A stretch of 64,000 nucleotides of DNA from a virus: the UHGV virus genome UHGV-1373362, one strand, 5' to 3'. The notes beneath the pieces were generated by a model, which made no database searches, was not told the DNA's origin, and saw only the letters and a program-made list of their open reading frames with translations. Made by a program: the position numbers and the translations under genes. Shown here piece by piece: positions 57,934 to 64,000 of this stretch. Each line of letters begins with the position of its first letter. Positions within the stretch are counted from its first letter, which is position 1.

Positions 57934-58417
57934 GTTTATATTTTTAGATATAGATGGGGTTATGAATAGTAATCTCTTCTACTCTGAAAGAACTCAGGAC
58001 AAAAGATATAATGATTGGATTAAAGAGCACCCTGAGCGTATAGCTTGGAGTGCTTGTAATATTGACCCAAGAGCAGTAGAAAGGCTAAATAGACTTACTG
58101 ATGCTACTGGAGCTAAGATTGTTGTATCTTCTACCTGGAGAAGTGATAGTAATTTGCAGGAAGTATTTAACCTTGTTGGAATTAAAGAACCTATACATGA
58201 CATAACTCCTTATATGAGGAGTAGGCATAGAGGTTCCGAAATCCAAGAATGGTTAGATAAGCAAACTGAACCTTATCGGTATGTAATCTTTGACGATGAT
58301 ACTGATATGTTGGACTCTCAATTACTTTATTTCATTCAATCTGATTGGCTGAAATGGGGTTTAAGTGATGAAGATGTCGAACAAGCAATACATATTCTAA
58401 ATGATACAGCCACTTAG
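57926..58417 (+). CDS. HAD-superfamily phosphatase-like protein
   Basis: IFLDIDGVMN motif I (DxDGV) and a later VIFDDDTDM; resembles HAD domains found with RNA-repair proteins. Confidence 0.45.
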   Translation: MNKFIFLDIDGVMNSNLFYSERTQDKRYNDWIKEHPERIAWSACNIDPRAVERLNRLTDATGAKIVVSSTWRSDSNLQEVFNLVGIKEPIHDITPYMRSRHRGSEIQEWLDKQTEPYRYVIFDDDTDMLDSQLLYFIQSDWLKWGLSDEDVEQAIHILNDTAT

Positions 58418-58548
58418 ACATATCTATAATGACCCAACCCTAGACAGAGAGTTGCTTCTTCGTAAGTTAGCCTCTCTAAGGATTAAGGGTGTAATTAGTA
58501 TTGAAGAATACGAGTATTTAAAACATTTAATAAGAAAGGAGAACGAAA

Positions 58549-59025
58549 ATGCTCAGAGAGCAAATGGATGCACTTATTAAGCAATCAATGCTTGATAAGA
58601 ATATAAAGAGAACTGATGTATTAAGGGCTATTAAGAATGAGTTCTTAGTGTTTCAAACAGCTAAAAATGCTAAGCCTTTAGATGATGCAGCTGAGTTTAC
58701 TATTCTTCGTAAGATGGTTAAGCAAAGACTTGATAGTAGAGACCAATATATTGCAGCAGGAAGGAAAGACCTAGCCGATAATGAATCTAAAGAGATTCTA
58801 GTGCTGGAATCTTTCCTTCCGCGAGAAGCCACGATTGAGGACATCAATAAGGCAATCTATGAAATCTGTACTGAGAGGGGATGGTACATACCGCAGAGTG
58901 AAGACACAATCTGCCCGGAAATCCCGAAAAAGTCTATGGGAGAAACTATTAAGATGGTCAAGGGAAAGCTTGATAATGTAGATGGCAAATTACTTGCCGA
59001 TACTATTAAATCATTTCTGGTATGA
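58549..59025 (+). CDS. GatB/YqeY-domain protein
   Basis: MLREQMDALIKQSMLDKNIKRTDVLRAIKNEF parallels the YqeY N-terminus; about 158 aa. Confidence 0.5.
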   Translation: MLREQMDALIKQSMLDKNIKRTDVLRAIKNEFLVFQTAKNAKPLDDAAEFTILRKMVKQRLDSRDQYIAAGRKDLADNESKEILVLESFLPREATIEDINKAIYEICTERGWYIPQSEDTICPEIPKKSMGETIKMVKGKLDNVDGKLLADTIKSFLV

Positions 59026-59276
59026 CATTGAAGGAAATAGTAACTCTTCCAAGTACAGCTAAATTCAGTCATGCAATAGCTGGGGTATTATACTATAGAA
59101 TTGTGACTGATGATATTATTATACAGTTCCCTATTGATATGAATGATAGGGATGATGTGGGTACCACTACATTTGTAGACTCCTATAAGCCTATTACTCT
59201 AATGAGATATATCAGAAAGGCCATTGACAATCAAAGTATAATAATTATTAATAGACATAAGGGTACTTGGTGGTGA
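59022..59276 (+). CDS. hypothetical protein
   Basis: ATGA overlap. Confidence 0.35.
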   Translation: MTLKEIVTLPSTAKFSHAIAGVLYYRIVTDDIIIQFPIDMNDRDDVGTTTFVDSYKPITLMRYIRKAIDNQSIIIINRHKGTWW

Positions 59277-59339
59277 CATTATACCTTATCTGACTAATAT
59301 ATCTAATTCTAGTTTAATTCTTGAAAATTTGTAAATTAA

Positions 59340-59371
59340 TTTGGCAACGTAGCTTATAATGCTTATATTTG
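59340..59371 (+). promoter_or_regulatory. Bacteroidota-type promoter
   Basis: TTTG at 59340-43, 20-nt spacer, TATATTTG at 59364-71, about 40 nt upstream of the ATG at 59411. Confidence 0.45.
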
Positions 59372-59410
59372 CAGAAATTAAGTGGTTAAACATGTTAAAC
59401 GAATTAATTT

Positions 59411-59725
59411 ATGAAAATCGAGAGTAAAGTAAAAAGGTTTCAGCAAGGTGGGGCTGCTCCTGCACCTCAAGAGGCTCCTGAAGGTGGAGCACCAGCTGGT
59501 GGAGCACCAGCTGAAGGGGGGGCACCTCAAGAGGGGGGACAAAATCCTATGGATCAGATTCTACAAGTAGCAGAGCAAGCTGTTCAAACACAAAATTGTG
59601 AGGCAGCTCTAGCGGTATGTCAAGCATTGGTACAAGTTGCAGGTGGTGGTGCTGCTCCAGCAGAAGCCCCTCAAGAGGAACCAACCTTTGCAAGAAACGG
59701 GGCTAAACTGATAAGAGTAAGATAA
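59411..59725 (+). CDS. Ala/Gly/Pro-rich low-complexity small protein
   Basis: Locally GC-rich. Repeats GGAPAGGAPAEGGAPQEGG. Contains KRFQQGG, similar to KFQYGG/QFLQAG in the downstream giant ORF. Own promoter and terminator. Confidence 0.45.
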   Translation: MKIESKVKRFQQGGAAPAPQEAPEGGAPAGGAPAEGGAPQEGGQNPMDQILQVAEQAVQTQNCEAALAVCQALVQVAGGGAAPAEAPQEEPTFARNGAKLIRVR

Positions 59726-59744
59726 TTAGTCACAGAGGCAGAAA

Positions 59745-59777
59745 GGAGCGTATAGATTGTTATATGCTCCTTTTTTA
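59745..59777 (+). terminator. rho-independent terminator
   Basis: ggagcguaua / uauaugcucc 10-bp stem (one G·U pair) with loop gauugu, followed by T6. Confidence 0.55.
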
Positions 59778-59790
59778 TTATACATAGTAT

Positions 59791-62700
59791 ATGTCACAAG
59801 TAATTAGGAAGTTTAAAAACTCTGGTAAGATAGAAGAAACTACACCAGAGCTATTCGAAAGGGCTGGTGTTGGTAAATATGACAAGGCTGAGTTAATTTC
59901 GGGACTACTAAGGAATATGGATACTTATGTGCAACATAATAATCTAAACGAGAGCCAAGCAGAACAGTTTAGAGATTATGCTAACCAGTTTATAGATGGA
60001 ATCAAGAATGGCACTATTACTATGAAAGGTGATGGAACATTTACTGACTCTACAGGTAAGTTATCTAGCACTGGTAAGTTCGATAAAAATTTCCTTGGTA
60101 AATATAAAGACACTGCCAACAATGCTCTTAATCTAGTTGGGGATTACGCCAAAAGCTACATTGATCAAATGTCCCAATATGTAGAAAAAGCTGCACCTAC
60201 TAAAGAAAGATTTGATGCCAATAAATATTTAACATCTGAGATTTCCAAAAGATGGTATGGGGGTCAAAAGGTGGATATGGATAATTGGTTTAATAAAAGG
60301 CAGGAACAAGATAGAAATTCTCTTATGTCAGAAATATTCAATACTGCTAATTTAAATGAATTATATGATACATATGATTGGACTGACACAGGAGTTACTT
60401 CTGCAGAAGACCTATCTAATAGATTTAAGAGATTCGGAACAGCAGTATCCAATAATATATTAGACAATGAAGATTATAATTCATTTGCCAATCTAGGTGG
60501 ATCATCACTTGACAAGTGGTTTAAACAGCAAGAACAGGTTGACGGTGATCAGGAGCCTACAGAGGAGGATAGAATCAAGGAATGGTCGGAGGAAGCTAAA
60601 CAACAAGGTGCTTCTACTCCAGAAGCCATACAAGCCTATGTAGAACAGAAGCAGAGACAACAAGCTGATCTGAATAAGTCATTCATAGATAAGAATGAAA
60701 AAGAAAAATACAAAATTGCTAGGGATAATTATTTTAATGAGTTTCAAGCCAATAATCCATTTACAGGAGGACTTAGTGGAACATTAAAGCACAATTATTT
60801 ATGGAATCAAGATGCAGAGGATAGTTTAATATTAGGTATGGAAAAGAACTACGAGGGAGGTTTAGACGCTTATCTGGCCAAAGAACTAAGTAGAGAATCT
60901 TTATCTAATGATCCTAGTAGTAGGAATGTCGGTAGTTTACTTGATTTAGTTATTAAAAGAAATCCATCTAGGTATATAAATGTTGAAGGAGACTTCGCTG
61001 CAATTCCAGAAACATTTGATTTTGATAAATATACAGCATTATTATATAATCCTAAATCCCAGCAGTACAAGGAAGTATCCATGTTAGCTAATGATGTTTT
61101 GAGAAGGTTAGCTGAGGAGAATTATGATAAAAACTTCAAAAAAGCAGAGGGTGGAGTTATTAAGTTTCAGTATGGGGGTAGTACTAACCCGATGGTTACT
61201 GAGGTATTATCAAGAAGGAAAGCTGATAAGGAAAATAAGGCTAGAGAAGTAGAGCAAAAAGCTGCTAGTTCTGGTAAAACTAAGGAACAAGTAGCTAATG
61301 ACAGTCGAATAGTTAGTGAAGATTGGACTGGAGAGGACTTCACTAGACTAGCCTCTATTGCAGCTGATATAGGTTCTATGGCCGCTGCCTATGCTCCCGG
61401 AGTTGGTACTTTAGCATCTGCTGGACTGGGATTTACGAGTTCACTCATGAATTATGGTGCCGACCTTTCAGCTAACGGATTTAATAGCAGGGACTTACTA
61501 AATCTTGGTGCAAATATAGGATTAGATACAGTTGGTCTGATTCCGGGATTTGGTTCAGCTGCCAAAGGTAGTAAAATCCTTAAGACGGCTATGAAGTATA
61601 TACCAAGAGCTTTAGCTGCATATCAAGCGTACAATTATACTGGACCTGCCGTAGAATCTATGAGAAAAGCATTAGACCCAGATGCTAAACTTACAGTAAA
61701 TGATTGGAGGAACATAGCAGAAGGGTTTAAGCTACTAACACAAGGTGGTATTGGTGCTACTAGAACAGTAAAATCACATAACCTTAGAAAACAGTTAGCC
61801 ACAGGTAATAAAACCCTAACCACATTAGGTGGTAAAGAAGTATCACTGACTCCTGAACAACTAGCTGAAATTAAAAAGGCCGGACATCGTTTAGAGGACC
61901 AAGAAGCAGCGCTTAGACTGGTAAAAGGTGATGATAGTTTAAGGATGGTGGAGAATCTAAATAGAAAATGGTATGATCCACGTAGGTTAACCCCTAAATC
62001 TAGTCTACGTAGTGAATATGACTTTAATAAAACCAAACCTATACAAACATCACAAGGTACTATTGAAGTTCCTATAGTGCACAGTAAGGGTGATAAATAT
62101 CTGGCTGCAGTGATGCAACAAAAGACTATGAATATACCCGGACTAGATGCTGCTGCTAGAAGGTATAATGATTGGAAATATCGTGATGTTATAAGAGCTA
62201 ACAGACAGGATATACCTAAACCAAATACTTCTAAGCCTTCTAGGGAAAAAGTCAATATAACTCCCCCAACAGGAAGTTCTCAGTTAGCATTACCTCAAAA
62301 GGGTACTCCATCTCAGATACCAGAGAGAGTATCCCCAGTAGTTGATAAGACTAATCCTGAACTTCTATCAAGGCCTATCAGTCATGAGGAGAGAGGGCAA
62401 CAGGTGGTAACAGCCCTAGCTAATCTAAACAAAATGTTGTCTGGTGCTATATACCAAACTAGAAATGTAGCACCCACTAGGAGAAGAATATTGAAAGAAG
62501 AACAGTACAATAGAGATTGGGATGAGGCTGTTAGAAATACACCTGCTGCCGGATATGTAGAGCCTCAATCTATTAGTAAGCGTTACACACCACCAACCCC
62601 CACAGAGTTATATATGGAAAATGCACCTGGATCAAATTTATCAATAAAGGATCCTAATGCAAGATACTTATGGGAAATGGTAGACAATGCTACTAAGAAA

Positions 62701-64000
62701 GTCACAGGACATGTGAAAAATCAAAACCTACCTCATAAAAAATCTAATAAGAAAAAGAAAACTTCGAGGGATGATAGGGTTACTAAAAAGGCAGAAGGTG
62801 GACTAATTCAATTCTTACAAGCAGGTAAGCCCGTTGGAAGAATTAAAGCTAAGGACATGTCTAACTGGAATAGATCTTCTGCATTAGCTGGTTATGACTT
62901 TGGTGCAGATGTTGACAGATGGAAGCAAGGATATACTGGTGAGGATGAATGGCAAAATGCATATATACAAGCATTTAATGGGGGAGAAGACATATATGAT
63001 CAATTAACTACTAAAACAGGAGACTATTTTGGTGGTAATTATAACTACTCTGTACAAGATCCTTTAGCTAGACATAGGCAATTTACCTTTAGAAACACTA
63101 ATCAAAACTTTGATGATTTAATCAGAAATAGTATTATAGGACATGGAGTTACTGAGGGTGCTACTAACTTTGATAACTATGCCGGAGATAGAACAGGTAA
63201 CAGAACCCTAAGTAGAATATCAGCTGATGATGCTGTTAGGTTTAATAATCAATTAAAATCTAGAGGTTTAGAGCTGTATGACAAAGGTAATGGAACTTAC
63301 AGACTAAGAAGAATATATGACCCTGTAGCTAATCCAGTAGTTGTTGAATCTACTGCGAGTACAAACCCAATAGAAACTAAATCTTCCTCTGGGTCAAATG
63401 TAATTGGAAGTGGATTCCCACTATCTTCTAAGTACTCTGTAAGGCCAGAAGATGTACTAGCTACTGGAAGAATGGTTGGAGGTCTGGTTACTAATAATAG
63501 AGCAGCTAAGCTATATAAGGAAGGGCTGAAACCTACCTTGCTAGATACCTTTGAAAATACAGTACCTTTGCAGGGTAATTATATGGCTAAAACTAGCGCT
63601 GAAAGGCAAGCAGCTAACTTGGAATCGTTAGCCGCAAGGCCTAGAACTTCCGATGCCTCATTGCAGTTAGCTGCAGAATTAGAGGCTAGTGACAGAGCTG
63701 GACAAGCTAGATTCCAAGGGGATCTTCAAGATGCTGAAATGTTCTATAAAACTAGACTGTTAGGACAGCAAGAGTCTGATGCTGCTAAAGCGAGAAGAGT
63801 TGAAGTTGCTAATAGAAACAAAGGCTCTATGCGTGCTATAGAGGCTGCTAAAAAGCAGGTAGATGCTGCTAAGGCATCAGCTAACTATCAACAAGTAATA
63901 GCACCTTGGCTAGCTGGAATAGAAAATCAGTATAGGCAGACTAGAGCTATGGGTAAGCAATTTGCTATGGAGCAAGCCCAAAATAATATGGCTTCTAACT
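59791..64000 (+). CDS. giant virion-type protein (possible tape-measure/internal virion protein), 3'-partial
   Basis: Uninterrupted + strand frame from the ATG at 59791 to the window end (more than 1400 codons). Absent from the track because it has no stop in the window. Repeated KKAEGG(V/L)I(K/Q)F motifs. Only short antisense ORFs oppose it. Confidence 0.5.
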   Translation, partial: MSQVIRKFKNSGKIEETTPELFERAGVGKYDKAELISGLLRNMDTYVQHNNLNESQAEQFRDYANQFIDGIKNGTITMKGDGTFTDSTGKLSSTGKFDKNFLGKYKDTANNALNLVGDYAKSYIDQMSQYVEKAAPTKERFDANKYLTSEISKRWYGGQKVDMDNWFNKRQEQDRNSLMSEIFNTANLNELYDTYDWTDTGVTSAEDLSNRFKRFGTAVSNNILDNEDYNSFANLGGSSLDKWFKQQEQVDGDQEPTEEDRIKEWSEEAKQQGASTPEAIQAYVEQKQRQQADLNKSFIDKNEKEKYKIARDNYFNEFQANNPFTGGLSGTLKHNYLWNQDAEDSLILGMEKNYEGGLDAYLAKELSRESLSNDPSSRNVGSLLDLVIKRNPSRYINVEGDFAAIPETFDFDKYTALLYNPKSQQYKEVSMLANDVLRRLAEENYDKNFKKAEGGVIKFQYGGSTNPMVTEVLSRRKADKENKAREVEQKAASSGKTKEQVANDSRIVSEDWTGEDFTRLASIAADIGSMAAAYAPGVGTLASAGLGFTSSLMNYGADLSANGFNSRDLLNLGANIGLDTVGLIPGFGSAAKGSKILKTAMKYIPRALAAYQAYNYTGPAVESMRKALDPDAKLTVNDWRNIAEGFKLLTQGGIGATRTVKSHNLRKQLATGNKTLTTLGGKEVSLTPEQLAEIKKAGHRLEDQEAALRLVKGDDSLRMVENLNRKWYDPRRLTPKSSLRSEYDFNKTKPIQTSQGTIEVPIVHSKGDKYLAAVMQQKTMNIPGLDAAARRYNDWKYRDVIRANRQDIPKPNTSKPSREKVNITPPTGSSQLALPQKGTPSQIPERVSPVVDKTNPELLSRPISHEERGQQVVTALANLNKMLSGAIYQTRNVAPTRRRILKEEQYNRDWDEAVRNTPAAGYVEPQSISKRYTPPTPTELYMENAPGSNLSIKDPNARYLWEMVDNATKKVTGHVKNQNLPHKKSNKKKKTSRDDRVTKKAEGGLIQFLQAGKPVGRIKAKDMSNWNRSSALAGYDFGADVDRWKQGYTGEDEWQNAYIQAFNGGEDIYDQLTTKTGDYFGGNYNYSVQDPLARHRQFTFRNTNQNFDDLIRNSIIGHGVTEGATNFDNYAGDRTGNRTLSRISADDAVRFNNQLKSRGLELYDKGNGTYRLRRIYDPVANPVVVESTASTNPIETKSSSGSNVIGSGFPLSSKYSVRPEDVLATGRMVGGLVTNNRAAKLYKEGLKPTLLDTFENTVPLQGNYMAKTSAERQAANLESLAARPRTSDASLQLAAELEASDRAGQARFQGDLQDAEMFYKTRLLGQQESDAAKARRVEVANRNKGSMRAIEAAKKQVDAAKASANYQQVIAPWLAGIENQYRQTRAMGKQFAMEQAQNNMASN

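Noticed and set aside
1932-62255. All minus-strand ORFs in the track (e.g. 1932-2540, 4044-4262, 5766-6158, 12064-12420, 17082-17486, 54099-54434, 61635-62255)
   Set aside because: Each lies fully antisense within a well-supported + strand gene (ATPase, helicases, NAD genes, giant ORF). They have low-complexity Ser/Leu-rich translations typical of antisense frames in AT-rich DNA.
1-64000. CRISPR arrays, rRNA, integrase/transposase or other mobile-element boundaries
   Set aside because: No spaced direct repeats, no rRNA-like conserved stretches, and no recombinase motifs were seen. Gene content is uniformly phage replication/metabolism on one strand.

Overview
This window reads as a densely packed, AT-rich, single-orientation stretch of a large virulent phage genome; every convincing gene is on the + strand and all minus-strand ORFs lie antisense inside + genes. 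Recurring promoter-like boxes matching the Bacteroidota sigma-A consensus (TTTG, 19-21 nt spacer, TAnnTTTG) point to a Bacteroidota host. The region covers the replication, nucleotide-metabolism and auxiliary-metabolism module and ends with the start of a giant virion-type ORF. Recognisable content:
- a tellurite-resistance-like cluster (SPFH/band-7, two TerD paralogs, TerB-like) fused to a P2-type Ca2+-ATPase-like pump;
- a replisome: SF2 helicase, DnaB-like helicase, P-loop ATPase, putative SSB, TOPRIM primase, Hjc-like resolvase, ATP-dependent DNA ligase, Dda-like helicase, and a family-A DNA polymerase interrupted by a 269-nt ORF-less group-I-like intron;
- nucleotide metabolism: anaerobic ribonucleotide reductase (RNR) NrdD/NrdG, dUTPase, ThyX, uracil-DNA glycosylase, a deoxyribonucleotidase and several calcineurin-like phosphoesterases;
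- an RNA/tRNA repair module: Rnl2-like RNA ligase, CCA-adding enzyme, polynucleotide kinase/phosphatase;
- a complete Preiss-Handler NAD+ salvage set (PncA-like, PncB, NadD, NadE, Nudix) together with a DUF2829/Tad2-like gene, read here as candidate anti-NADase-immunity functions;
- four tandem paralogous genes sharing a ~20-aa N-terminal motif, placed immediately upstream of a radical-SAM enzyme.
No CRISPR arrays, rRNA or obvious tRNA genes were seen.
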